Positions 51,801-64,000 of a stretch of 64,000 nt of DNA are shown here, piece by piece. The notes under the pieces are model-generated. The model saw only the letters and a program-made list of their open reading frames with translations, did no database searches and had not been told where the DNA came from. The stretch is from Lingula anatina (lineage: Eukaryota > Animalia > Brachiopoda), in contig CM120640.1 of the NCBI GenBank assembly GCA_051362555.1, positions 70,286,788 through 70,350,787 on the forward strand. The letters run 5' to 3'. Position numbers and translations under genes: made by a program. Each line of letters opens with the position of its first letter. Position 1 is the first letter of the stretch.

Positions 51801-52191
51801 CACTGGCCGCCCCCCCCCCCTTCCTTCTGGATCTGCACCTGCATAACTAACATTTTATGTCTACTTAGGGTTAGTAAAAGTTAAACAAGTAACAAGCTAC
51901 ATTCTTGTTTCCTCGAAGTATTTATAGCTGTTTGTATGTGTGTGTGCGTGTGTGCGCGTAACGTTTTCAGCGCGTTTTTGTAACTATGTAAATGGTGCTT
52001 TGAATTTTCAGATGACACTTGACGACCTGAACAACCCGATATTCGACGGCTACGACGCACTTATCAAGAAAGAAATGGCCAAAGAAAGGAAGAAGAAAAT
52101 CTGCAGAATAACAACGTTGATAGTAGCATTCATCGTACTTGTGGCTGTCGGGGTCGGTCTTGGAGTTTACTTTGGTTCCCCGTACAGATAA
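48893..52191 (+). CDS. Orphan tail-anchored or single-pass membrane protein with three NPxF motifs (about 315 aa, or about 342 aa with the alternative first exon)
   Basis: Exons: ATG 48893-48895 (ATG|GTGAG) or alternative 46844-46927 (MRGRKAY..GISK|GTAATA); then 48990-49754 (tttccag acceptor, 255 codons, CAG|GTAAAT) and 52012-52191 (ttttcag acceptor), all phase 0. Ends KERKKKICRITTLIVAFIVLVAVGVGLGVYFGSPYR*. The first exon is uncertain. Confidence 0.75.
50116..50453. mobile_element. Possible Kolobok-like element
   Basis: gggtactct ... agagtacc|TTAA short inverted ends; left flank imperfect. Confidence 0.35.
51600..51841. mobile_element. Family K-related MITE
   Basis: caggcatgaccagaatttt...G-runs ... 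C-runs...ctggatctgcacctg. Confidence 0.55.
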
Positions 52192-52222
52192 AGCTTTCAG
52201 GCCCACTAAAGTCTGGTTCTTA

Positions 52223-52509
52223 GAGACCATTCAGAATTCGAAAAGCCGATTGCTTGTCCACGGCCTAAATATGGAAAGGAAGGGAGACCGCATAATTCCC
52301 AATTCAGACATGAAGGAAGACCGCTTAATCCTGTAATGGTCTCTCCGCCTCTGTCACGCCTCCCAACGCGTCGTCCCTGCAGGGGCATAGTAATTAAATC
52401 TCTTCGGGGACGACTCGAGGTGAGAAGCGAAGAGACCATTACATGTAAGTCCGCCATATTTAGGCCGTGGACCAGTTAGCACTCGGCTCCTCTCATTCTG
52501 ATTGGCCCC
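52223..52509. mobile_element. Palindromic MITE family I copy 3 (TTA TSD, Harbinger-like), in the orphan gene's putative 3' UTR
   Basis: TTA|gagaccattcagaat ... attctgattggcccc|TTA; arms gtccacggcctaaatatgg / ccatatttaggccgtggac. Confidence 0.85.
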
Positions 52510-53489
52510 TTACGCACCGTTTATCAATGTATTGGCTGACTGCGAGGAGCGAGTCCCAAGAAGCGAACTCACTGTTAATATTGTTCATTTTAATATTTTT
52601 CTGTTCTACGAACGATACATCAACTTACCCAGCTTACTGTACATAGCTTGCATATCGATGTAGTCGGCATGTATTGTTTATAACTTCAATATGTTATGAA
52701 CTTAGAAGAGCTAGTTGAACAAATACAATTAAAATACATGCTCCACCCATCACCAATTTATAAAGAAATATATTTTTGATACCAATGCAGGGTAGACAGC
52801 TTGTCAAAGTGACATTTGCAATAAAGGTGAATTGGTAATAAAGATAAGGGTTTTTAACTTACATTTATACACGTACCGTTTACTTTGAAAATATTGAAAC
52901 CCACTTTAAGGGCGTAGCTACTCTTTATATATATATATCAGCACCAGTACGTTTTGAAGAATATGATTGCATTCTAAAAATCAAAGGATTCATTATCTAA
53001 ACTCCATAATATAAACATCAAAACGCCGCTTTTGCGTAATCGTGATTATTTCAAAATAGCTTCCTCGAAAAAGCATATCTATATTTGTTGCACTTGCCCC
53101 GGAATGAGAGGCTTAATTGCGAGTAGTTGTAGTATGTGGTAATTAATGCCATGTTTTGTCATTTGAGGTCAAATTGTTCAATGTGTCACGAACATTGACG
53201 TCTAAAAATAGAAATGAGCATATAAAATTTTGTTTTTGGGAAAAAAGGAAATGACACGCCTTTAACTATCCTACTGGTATAATAAAACAATGCTACACTA
53301 CACGCGACTACGTTACTTCTAGGAAACAAATCATTTAACGAAGTCAAACCTGACATCGGGTCAGTTGCAATTCGTTCAAAATGAAAAACACAAAGACGAG
53401 GACAGATATCCCAAGTTGGCCTACACTGATGATAAATGTACCCGTGTGATAAAGGTGCCATGAATGCCATCGCCTCTGACAACGAAAAT

Positions 53490-53492
<3 letters not shown>

Positions 53493-53521
<29 letters not shown>
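53493..53521. repeat. (AG)n microsatellite
   Basis: Seen directly. Confidence 0.95.
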
Positions 53522-53526
<5 letters not shown>

Positions 53527-53968
53527 CTTCTACACTTCAGTCCATCAGCAGTATCTTACACTGATTGATTACACGGCAGCAGCAGCTGTCTTACAGTATA
53601 CACAGAACAAATATAGATGATCATAAACGACAGATTTGAAACATCAGCATCATGTTAATTTGGTCAACTACATCTGCGGCAGTCTCGCTGGGAAAATAAC
53701 CAGCTGCTCTTCATGCTGCAAAGGACAATGTAATCGAACTCAAAATCCAACCAAAACCCATAAAAATTCTCTACAATCGGGCATATTATGAAATATGTTC
53801 ATTTTCTTTGCAATTCTCCCACACCCTTCTATACTAATAAGAACATGTATTTCATCAATGTTTGTTACAATACACCACCTCCATTATTATAGTATACAAT
53901 TTATAATTCTTACTGCTTGAAAAAAATATCAATGAACTAGTCAGAAAATAGCATGATGCACAAATCAC

Positions 53969-53971
<3 letters not shown>

Positions 53972-54030
<59 letters not shown>
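53972..54030. repeat. (TA)n microsatellite
   Basis: Seen directly. Confidence 0.95.
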
Positions 54031-54032
<2 letters not shown>

Positions 54033-54572
54033 AAACCAGCAGCATTGAAACACATACAAAATTTAGGTTATTGGTATTATTACACAACATAGTTGGCATC
54101 ACAGATGCTGGCCATTTATTATAATTACACAATTTGATACCATTTCGTACCAGCTGAGGGCATCAAGTCCAGAATAATCAAACATACTACCAGCATATAA
54201 GATAATACAATGAGCATAGCAATTATTCAGAATGATTGTGTTTTGTGGCCAACAGTTTCACTTCAAAAAGTATTCTATTGACAAAAACTATAAAACATTT
54301 AATTATGGATAAAATGTGCTAAAGCTTGGAATTTCTAAAATTAAGTTTAATATATCTAATGTATTTATAATGTATTCATCTTTATTATCATAATTTACTT
54401 ACAGTTATGGTTAATAACAACTTAGTGCATGGAAATCAATTGAATATCATTTAAAAAACATCTAAAACTGATATATTCTGTTTGGTAGTATTATATGCAT
54501 ATCAAATATTTAAAAGCTTGATAAATTACCCTGCTCCCTGAAAATAAAAAGCTTAGTGAATTGTAATGCCTT

Positions 54573-55862
54573 TCATGCTGTACTGTCTTCATAAAGCACT
54601 GTATCTATCCTAAAATCCAGTTCATTTGTTGGCACACTTTCAAGCACCTGCTCCTTGTAGGCAAGAGCTATAGTGTATGGTTTCTTGTTTGTGTCTTTTT
54701 CACAGCGAGACAGGTAGGTATCATAGTAGCCCTTGCCTCTCCCGAGGCGATCTCCATCTTTTGTGAAGCTAAGGCCTGGGACCAAGATCAAATCTAATCC
54801 ACCTGGATGTAAAAAATTGGCATTTTATAACTGTTTTTTTATAATGCAAATTCAAAGGCAATTACATGATTCATTATTTAAATAATGAATCAATCAAAAA
54901 GTACTTCTTAATGAGATATAGAATTTATGTAGACTTGAAACATTTTAATCATTCACATCTCATACTTTTACCTCTGATTAAATCACGATAAAATAAAATA
55001 ATAAATAAATACAAGGTGGCAGTTTACAATTATTCAAATCATTGTTTATAAAAATTACATGTAAAAATGAGCTAACCAGTTGTGATGGCATCCTCCCTTT
55101 GCTCGTCATCTGCAGGCTGTTTAATCTTCCACGATGTCACTGGCAGATCTTCATAGTCCTGGAGAGACAGCAGTCTTACCATGTCCATGGTGGTGCCAAT
55201 GTAGCGTGGGATGTAACACTTTTTATTGTTTTCTAAAAGATTCTTCACGATTGGCAAAGTGTGTATTTCATCATGCATGTTAAGAAACACGGAGACACGT
55301 TGGCTGGACTGGTACTGAGGCATTTGGAAAAGCTGGAAAATTAGAACCATTTATACTTTGAGTGAGATAAAATATGCTTACTTGCCAATAAATGAGTAAA
55401 GGATGACCCCCTAAAAAATAGAAGCCATAAAAATTTTATTAAATCCTACAAATTAAGATTTATCAATTCCAAGAAATTCGCTTGACTTCAACTTTTATTT
55501 GATGGACCTTTGTAAGATTCAATAAATTTATTTATTTATTTATTTATTCAATCATTTTTTATTGGGTGTGTCATGCAACGAGGCTACTTGGAGCATCCTT
55601 GTCTATTGTTTGATTGCTAGGCTATCCAGTTTATACTGGCAATGGCTGGTGCAGCCAACTAGACAACAGTTACTGTGCTCAGGCTGAAGTTCCAAATACC
55701 AAATTAAGAAGCGGTTGTTAACACCAAAGACCTCTTACTTAATACCTTTCTCGTCACTATTTCAGATTGCCTCTTTTTCTCCTCGTCTGACAGGCATGCG
55801 ATTTTCTTTTTAATTTCTTTACGCAGTGCATTTTTCGCAGCTCTGATACTCGTGGAAGCCAT
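54573..55862 (-). CDS. MTHFS: 5-formyltetrahydrofolate cyclo-ligase (methenyltetrahydrofolate synthetase), about 200 aa, 3 exons
   Basis: Exons 55746-55862, 55077-55332, 54573-54802; K.ALRKEIK start, SVFLNMHDEI.T, KKCYIPRY, SWKIKQP, GGLDLILVPGL.F..DG.RLGRGKGYYD.YL. Confidence 0.96.
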
Positions 55863-56126
55863 TGGAAATTAGGTCAAGTGGAAACTGGGTCAATGCAAGT
55901 GTTTTTACTTTGAGGCTTCTTTATTTTAACACTGAATGTGTGCAAACATTTCCATTTCCTTGTGAACATTTAAATATGACGTGTTAAAATATTCTTTTTT
56001 TCGATATAATGATTAACGTAAAACCATAACGTTAACCTTGATACCTTCTTCTCTTGATGAAATTCTACGCGGAGGTTATTTGTTTCACTTTTTACTTCTC
56101 AGTTCACCCTGATTTGGCGGAATAGA
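55863..56126. promoter_or_regulatory. Bidirectional promoter region MTHFS/PHAX
   Basis: The divergent start codons are only 264 nt apart. Confidence 0.75.
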
Positions 56127-59100
56127 ATGGAGGACTTTGAAGAAGGGGAATTGCTGGAGTCAGATGAAGAGCAGGTTAAGACAAAAAATATTGATGATGT
56201 AGTCCACTGGTGGAAACAAAGAGAACATTTTATCATAGTAAAATTAAGATATCAAAGCGCTATCATATGTATTTTAACAACGCACAATTTGCTTTTGCTT
56301 TTTAAATTTCAAAATGTATATACATAAAAATACAAGTACACAGTACAGTATAGAGTATAGCACCATTGCGCTATGCTAACAAAGGGGCTACAAGTCTTTC
56401 CCGAATAACCTCTGATAAATTCACGAGAAACCTGTCATGGGGCCTCCATGCTTATGTACACCTACTGCAGTATCTTCTTTACAAAAATATACACTGCTAC
56501 TAGTATATTGTATAAGTTAGTATTTACTAACTGCACATTTGAAGGTACAATGTTACTGGGGTACAGCATATCTACCATTTCAATAAAATTCTTTTGTTAC
56601 AGAATGATGAGTCTAATATTTATAAATGTTCTAGCATTATATTAAATTCATTTACAATATACTAGTAGCATCACACTTTGTGTCTATATGTGTTTATAAA
56701 TGTACCCAGTACCACTGCATGATTAATTTGCTGTCATTAATTTTCACTGCCATTTTTTCTAGAATGATGACCTCCACCGTACTGATGTGACCAAGCCTTC
56801 AGACAGCATTGAGAACAGAGGGGCCTGGGGCAGCAGACACCCTGTCCCTAACTACAGGTCCACTGGGAAGCTCACTCTGTCCAGCTCAGAGGACAGCAGT
56901 GATAGCGAACGAGAGGAAGATGATGACGAATTGTTGTTTAAAAGAAAAAAGAGCAGACAGTCTGACAAAAATGGCCACGGAATGGACTTTCAACCAAGTG
57001 CTACATTTCAGAACCCACTTTTGAACAAAAGTCAGCCAAGTTGGGTAGGAATGATGTCCAAGCAGAAACACAGAAATAACATTTGGGGGAGTGTGCTACA
57101 GGAACAAACTCTCAGCCAAGGTTTGGGAGGGTTTGGTGTTGATCAAAGTAAAACAGACTTGAAAAGTGACAGGAGCGTGGAAACTTATGACTACACAAAA
57201 GCTGCAGAAGACCACAGACCTATCATTGAAGCTGGGGATGATGGGACAGTAGTGTCCAATGATCCGTTTGATCAGGTACTCCAGACAGATCACTCTGCTT
57301 TGGAAAAAAACATGCAGTCAAGGACAGGCATTGACAGGAAAAGAAAGAGACCTATCAGAGATAGACTAGGATCTTTTTCTCATGATAAACACAAATCAAG
57401 GGATCACATCAAGGTGACGGAAGATGATCCAGAGGAAAAAGTTGTCAGTGCTATTACGGTGGCTTTAAATGAACCAAAGAAGGAGTTGATGGGTATGAAC
57501 TTTTCAGTTGCGATCCACATTTTTTTTGTTTACTACATATAGATGAATATATATATAATATGCTAAGGAGCTGGTTTCAAAATTAATAAGATACATAAAT
57601 GTATCTCTCATTTTGTATCATGGAGAATAGACCACTACTTTTAAAAGTGATATTTCTGCCTTATTATCCATCATATTGAACAGTAATGTGAGTGAAGATG
57701 ATTGTACGAGTAGTGCATTAGTGAACTCCTTTAAAAATGTACAAATTATTGTCACTTTTCAGTAAAAGAAACAGTTTTAGCTTTTTCTTACACTATAAAT
57801 GCTATATCAAGCACAGAAGTGTATATGTGTGTCAGATAATCTTGAGAGACCAAGATGTCATTTGAGATTAAGGCTCGTGACTCAATCTTTGACTCCAAGT
57901 ACATATGAAGTAGCTGTGTGTGTATATTTCAGAGCGCGTGGTAAAAGTGGTGGGTGTGAAGAAGGCCATTCAGTTACTGTATGAGACTGAAGATGTGGAG
58001 GATGCTGGGGGATTATGGATCAATGTAAGTATTTTGTTCTTGATGTTTTTGACCTGAATAGATAGTAAATGTATGATTATGATAGATGGTAAATATATGA
58101 TTATATTGTCCTGTACTTTATTTACTATTACAATGCAACTTGCAAGTACATTTTTGAATAGACAAAAATGGTGAATGATACCAAAGATACTGAACACATT
58201 CAGCAGTTAGGTGTGTGCCAGTGTAACATAAAAATCTGACTCCCGGAGTCAAAATTTCAGTATGAAAATCTGACTGGGGAGTCACCTTTTAGGGGAGTCT
58301 GATTTTCATGGTACACTGATACCTCTCAAAAGAAAAACAAGAATGCGAATGATTCAGTTTAAATTTGTACTTCATGGAAAGAAATGAATATATATTGCAT
58401 GAGGCTGAGCTGTAAATATCAGTTACATATAACATACAAGAGAAGAACTATATCTAATGAAGATGGTGTGGTGTATGTCGTTTCCAGGACGGTTCCAGAA
58501 GAAGAACACCAGGGGGCGTCTATCTACAGCTGCTGAAGGCGGACCCAAGTGTCACCAAGGACCATTTGAAAGACATCTTTATCGAATCATTTATGTATGA
58601 CAAAGAAAAACAAAAAGAGGCAAAGTAAGTCCCTTTGAAGCTGCCAGGTTTTGCAAATAATTTACGAATTGTGAAATGGCATTAACTGGTGAACTTTATG
58701 TAAAAATTTGCCAGCTTCTTGCAGTGGAAGAACTGGATAGACTAGTTATGACATTTTCCTTTATGTGCAAGCATTTATGTTTCATATGTACTGTGTTAAT
58801 AATATGATTGTTTGTAGGAGACGTAAAAGAAGAAGGAAGGCAGAGGAAGCCCGGAGAAGAATGGAAATTGGTTTGAGAACCATGGATGCTAAAGGACACG
58901 AAACCAATTTGGAGGAAAAGACTAGTGACAGAAAAGACTACAGTGGGAGTGACAATCCACGTTTTATGCACTGTGATCCAGACAATGAAATGGATGAAGA
59001 CAGGGATGAAAGTGACGATGAAATAAAAGACTTTGAATCATTACTCAGAAAACACAAAGAAGTGCAAGAGAAAAAGAAAACTGAGGTTAGCAACATGGAA

Positions 59101-59199
59101 AGTCAGATCACGGAAGTGTCTGGTATAAATATGGAGAATGAAGATGTGGCCGAGCCGGAAATTAGCATTGACATTGAGGAGGGGGAATCCATTGACTGA
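56127..59199 (+). CDS. PHAX: Phosphorylated adapter RNA export protein, about 462 aa, 5 exons
   Basis: Exons 56127-56174 (donor uncertain), 56763-57492, 57933-58024, 58488-58624, 58818-59199; EEGEL start, NNIWGSVLQEQ, DRSVETYDY, L.EPKKELM.RVVKVVG, GGLWINDGSRRRTPGGVYLQLLK RNA-binding domain. Confidence 0.93.
58219..58318. mobile_element. Small TIR element in a PHAX intron
   Basis: cagtgtaacataaaaatctgactccc ... gggagtctgattttcatggtacactg. Confidence 0.6.
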
Positions 59200-59539
59200 T
59201 GATACTCATTGTGCTTTCATTTAAGGCTGTTGATCAACTTTGTGTTTCATTTGTAATCAGCGAAAAAGAGCATTTGTGGAATTATGTCAGGCATTGACAT
59301 TGAAGAAGCTTTGTCTGTGGCAATAAAATTATAAGTTTGGTTAGATATGTTTGCTTGACATTGAGAATATGTGACAGGTTGGGCAGAATTTAATACAGTG
59401 TGTGTGGTATTTGTACCATGGACTGGTGCAATCTTTTGATTTCAAATATATTTTTGCTTAAGTTTATGAAACGTAAATTTTGCTAACTCTCAAGTCCCTC
59501 CTCCCTACAAAAAATAGATGGAAATGGTAGATAAATTGG

Positions 59540-59716
59540 GATCTTTCACTCTAGCTAATCTAATATTTCATTTAAGGTTATTAATGGGCCTTGAAATAAC
59601 TCTGAAATAACTCTGTATTAAGCGGGCCCCGAACCCCACGTCAGAAGAGGAGGGAAAGGTTGGCTTCGCATCCGCGCCCCCCCCCCCCCCCTCAAATAAT
59701 CCTGGATCCGCCCCTG
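59540..59716. mobile_element. MITE family K partial copy (reverse orientation)
   Basis: ccccctcaaataatcctggatccgcccctg is the exact reverse complement of the start at 16137. Confidence 0.75.
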
Positions 59717-60274
59717 GTATGTATCGAGAGATATCAAAGTCCGTATGAAAATGCAACAATGTGCAACGTAGAAACATTCGTGTCTTACAGAGTTTAATTC
59801 GTGTCTTACTGAGTTTAATTTCTTCAGAGATTAATTAACGTGCAAAAATCCAACTTAAAACAAATAATTAAGTATAAACGTGAATTGAAAAAAATCACTT
59901 AAGTTCCACAAATCTTACATACTCATTTTGATGATAAAGTTTGCAAAACAATTAATTATATATAGTTTTGCTAAATTCAGCTGACTTTTCGCCTCAGTGC
60001 ACCCTGAGCTTCTTGACACGATGGAGATAGGCTACAGTGAAAAGGTTAGTGTCAAGTTAGCTCTGAAGCTCAGGGTGCCTCCGTGCAGCGATGACCGAGA
60101 GATACCCGCAGGTAGCTCTTTTATATTGGAGGTATATTTCAGCGGATCGTGAACCCTGTCAAGGTCTACTTGAACAGTGAATGACCTAACATTATAAATA
60201 TACACCCCGTCAAAATGTCAATAGCATGGGAACAGGACGTAGCCGCTACGAGAACTTAATACCAAATAGATGCC

Positions 60275-63200
60275 ATGGAACGTTTAGAAACTGAGTCTCC
60301 GGACTTTCACGAACGCAGAGAAAGCTTCAGAAATTGGACACGAACTTCATCGACCACTAGCCGCAGTTCTCTGTTTCCGCAATCTCGGGGTGACAACGCT
60401 GATGACGATTATTCTGGCTCATATCCCGGCTTAAGACGGGATTATGGTTGGTATAACCTAAGATCTAATATACCATATACCGTTTATTAGATCTTAGGTA
60501 TAACTTACTTAGTCCTATTTTCACGACATGTTTCCTCTTACTGTACTTTTCAAGCCGGTTTGATCTGCAGGAGGTCTAACTATGATCCAGATCCCTCCCC
60601 AAATGATGCACATTAATTCTGAATAACAATAATAATAATAATATATAATAATAAAATTGATCAAAAATAAAATATCAAGTAGTGGAGAATGCGTTATATT
60701 TTTCATTGGTTTGTTTCTAGATGAAAGTATCAACAGCAGTTTTTTTTTCATAAAATGACATTTTAAAATCCAATAATTGATAAACATAAATAGATTAGTA
60801 AAAGTAAATAAAAAAATAAAGCAAAAAATAATGGTCATTTTTCTAAACTATTAATCACTGCCATTAGGTAAATTTTTATCCAGCATTTAACATACACCCT
60901 GTATTCTGATAGGTGGCTGTTTTAATTAATGTATGTAATCATCACAAGTATATATCCAATGAACTTGGCATCCTGTTGATATGTCATGATATGATACAGC
61001 AGACCATTTATCTTATCCCAGCTGGACGTGTGGACAGGTGTCCCTTAACTTAACAAATCAATTAATAGCTGTACACAAATAACTAGATCAGTTTTATCTT
61101 ATTGTGAATACCTGTACTATTAAGTTTGGAAGGTTCAATTTCAAGTTTTAATACTTGTTTAAAACAAAAGAGATGGAGATAAATTGATGAAAATTAAGGT
61201 CTTAGTTGTGGCGTTGTTATCCTGCAGCCTGATAATAATATAAACAGATGTAAAATTACATTGAGGCTATAACATTGATATGTTTTGGTACCTAATATTT
61301 CTGCACTTGCCGTAAATATCCCTCCCTCCAATGTCAGTGTGCAATCCCCATGCTGTGAGCAGAGACTCTACGCTTAGGGACAATTCCCACAGATATTTGG
61401 ATAGATCTATCTCCCTCGGGAGTCTCACTAAATTGCTATAAAACTAACCAGCTTAAACATCTGTCACGCCTAGTAAAACTGTTAGGGGGTAATTATCTTT
61501 ACCCCAAGCTGATACGGTAGGCGTGACAGACATTTAAGTAGCAATTTAGTGTGAACCCCAGGGAGTTAGGTCGATCCATATAGTCTCAGATAGATTGATC
61601 TGAGTATGGGAACCCAGTCTTAGACCCCATTCCCATACCTAGATCGATCTAGAAGGATTGACCTATCTCTGAGGGGATTATTGCTAAGTTGTATTCAGAT
61701 TAAGCAGCTTAGATGTCTGGCATGTCTATTGAAGCTGCTAAATGATAGTTACTCCCTGACAACTTCAGTAGGTGTGCCAGACATCAGAGCCTCTTTAAGC
61801 TGAATGTACCTAGCGTGTGGTTACAAAGTACTTTATTTACATATGTAACTATGCTGCTTATTTATTTATGTAAGTGTTTTGCTTATGTATTTTTGTAATG
61901 ATGTACAGAGGACTTTTTTTCAGATGAGTTAACAGTGCTGCAAGCTCAGGTGTTTTTGGAGGATGCAGAAAAAGTAAGTAAGAAGAGCATCAGAAACCGT
62001 GTTAAGGGATTTGTGCTATATTTTGAGGGAAAAAATGCATCAAGAACTGTTGCTTTTGCTTACCTATTAATTCAGAGAAAAACAGAGAAAAAATGTTTTC
62101 AATTACAAACTTTCCCATCTTAATGCATGTGGGATCAATTTGGTGCTGCACGTTTGTCAGTTTTTATGATGTTAAGTCTCTATGTTTACACCTGCCGATT
62201 TGTAGTTGTTTCCAGCTAGCTGATTACCATTCAGATTAATGTATGCTGTTCAAAGGTTGAGTTGTACATTTAGAATTGACATTAAAGGACAAAACAGCTT
62301 GCTGACTCTGATAAGAGAAATGATAACTCTTAATTTTTCTTCAAATGGGGGGAGAGCAGTTATTGGTTTGTTTTTACAGCTCATCATCATCATACCACTT
62401 ATTGTTATCCTCTTTGATTATGATCCAATTAAACACTCATGAAGTCGTGCCCTATGAAGCAGATATAGGGAAGACATTTGCCCTTGCCTCTTAATCATGT
62501 TTGTAATGGGAATGTTAAGAACACCTGAGCTTTTTTTAGAGCCAAAATGATAGACAAATCTGTATTTATTCAAATGACAGCTAAATTATTTGTTAAAGAA
62601 TACCAGAGAATTTTCTTTGATCATGTTAACATCAGAACCAAAATATTTGCCAGGTATGAAGAGCTCTCTACATTGTGATTTGTTGGGTAGTTGGCGTGAT
62701 GACCTATTTGGAAAGATGAAAATGCATTTGTCTGCCTTAAGTACAGATCTATGTATTTGCATGACATATCTTTACTAATACATTGAAATATTATATTTTA
62801 GTACCGTAGCATCCACCACAAAATTGACAAGACCTCGTTGAGACTGTACAGACTATACTTCTCCAGACCTTACCAATGGTATGTTTGATTATTTATAATT
62901 TAGCACTATACCTTAAACAAGATTCCATCCAGGTATCAGGTAATTAGAGCAGTGTCATCAGTCAGGTTTTATATCTTAAAATTTGAAATTTTAATAGATT
63001 CTTGATTGAATTTAAATCAGAAAAACAAAATTTTGTTAAGGGCACGGATGGCAATTTTTTGGGTTACGAAAGTGAAATTTTGCTGTTGACTTGTTTTGTG
63101 GTGGTTTGTTTTCAGTAAAAAGTTCATGATATTTTTAACCAGGTTCCTTTTCTCGGTGATGTTTGTTGTACTAATCCTGGCATTCTTCGAGAAGCCATCC

Positions 63201-64000
63201 TCACTGACCACAAACTGGACGTCCGACATGAGGAATACTGGTCAGAGACTGAACCCTCCTTGTGGTCTGACAGAGGGCATTGAGATCATCTGTCTGCTGC
63301 TGTTTGTGGGAGATGTCATCCTCAAGGTAAATAGGACTGATACTGGAAGGTGGGCCAGAACATTATACAGAGAGAAGTATTATAAGATTTAGGTTGACTG
63401 CATATTGCCTCTTTTTCTCTTTCCCCATGGGTTGTAGTCTAGGGCTTGTCTGGTTACATTTGTCCCATCTTTTCTCAGTGTGTACCTGTTCATTTCCATT
63501 TCCTTTTCTTCAAATCTGTGGAAATTCCTTCTTGACCTGTTCTTTCCCAAAGTTCTTTGTTGCTTATCTTGTTGCTAACTAACTATGTGATTTAGAAGGC
63601 AGCTGAAGTATTGCATTTTGTGATTGATTTACTATACTCTAAGGACATCTTATTTTTCTGAAAATTACTGGTGGTTATGAGATGTACAGGTATTTCATAT
63701 CAGATGAAATGCTTGGATTCTCTTTTTTAACATCAAATTTTTATTTCTTTTTCTTTGTAATTTACTAGTATTTACTGATTTATTTAGATTTCCAGATACA
63801 AAATTAAAAATCAGAGAAAATGTGGAAGGTAGTTTCTGCTGTGCCTGCACAGTACTGTGCTGCCACTTGCTGAGGAGCTTGCTCACTAACATGATCAAAC
63901 TGATTTCAGAGCTACTTCAAAGGTCCAGAAGTCCTGAAGAGTCCCTGGGTCATCTTGTACATCTGTGCTCTGCTAGTGTCTGTGGTGGACTGGACAGTGT
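60275..64000 (+). CDS. TPCN2: Two-pore calcium channel 2, 5' partial (runs off the window)
   Basis: Exons 60275-60446, 61909 (or 61924)-61973, 62802-62878, 63143-63326, 63910->64000; QAQVFLEDAEKYRSIHHKID, FFEKPSSLT..DMR..PPCGLTEGIE, LVSVVDWTV match the TPC2 N-terminus through S3. Confidence 0.92.
61377..61815. mobile_element. Two adjacent family A MITEs (61377-61619 reversed; 61623-about 61815 diverged and truncated) sharing a TTA
   Basis: TTA|gggacaattcccacaga...tatgggaacccagtc|TTA|gaccccattcccatacctagatcgatcta; interior matches 580-796. Confidence 0.75.

Overview
AT-rich, intron-containing animal genomic DNA. The gene set and repeat types suggest an invertebrate, probably a lophotrochozoan; that assignment is inference. 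Gene models were rebuilt by hand from GT-AG boundaries, with phase-consistent exon chains. Left to right: (1) the first coding exon of an unrecognised secreted protein (minus, running off the left end), with a TATA/Inr-like promoter; (2) a complete 13-coding-exon Trk neurotrophin-receptor tyrosine kinase (minus, about 849 aa, LRR-Ig-Ig-TM-NPxY-kinase) whose C-terminal PLC-gamma tyrosine position is Phe; (3) a 12-exon nucleoplasmin-domain FKBP (FKBP39/46/Fpr3-4 type, minus) with unusually hairpin-rich introns; (4) an orphan plus-strand gene for a disordered acidic protein with three NPxF motifs and one C-terminal transmembrane helix; (5) MTHFS (minus) head-to-head with (6) PHAX (plus); (7) the 5' part of two-pore channel TPCN2 (plus, running off the right end). 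Introns and intergenic DNA hold many non-autonomous DNA transposons (Harbinger/Tourist-, hAT-, Kolobok- and EnSpm-like, including a nested pair), decayed Tc1, RTE and Rex/CR1 fragments, a 51-bp minisatellite and microsatellites. No CRISPR array, rRNA or clear tRNA gene was seen.
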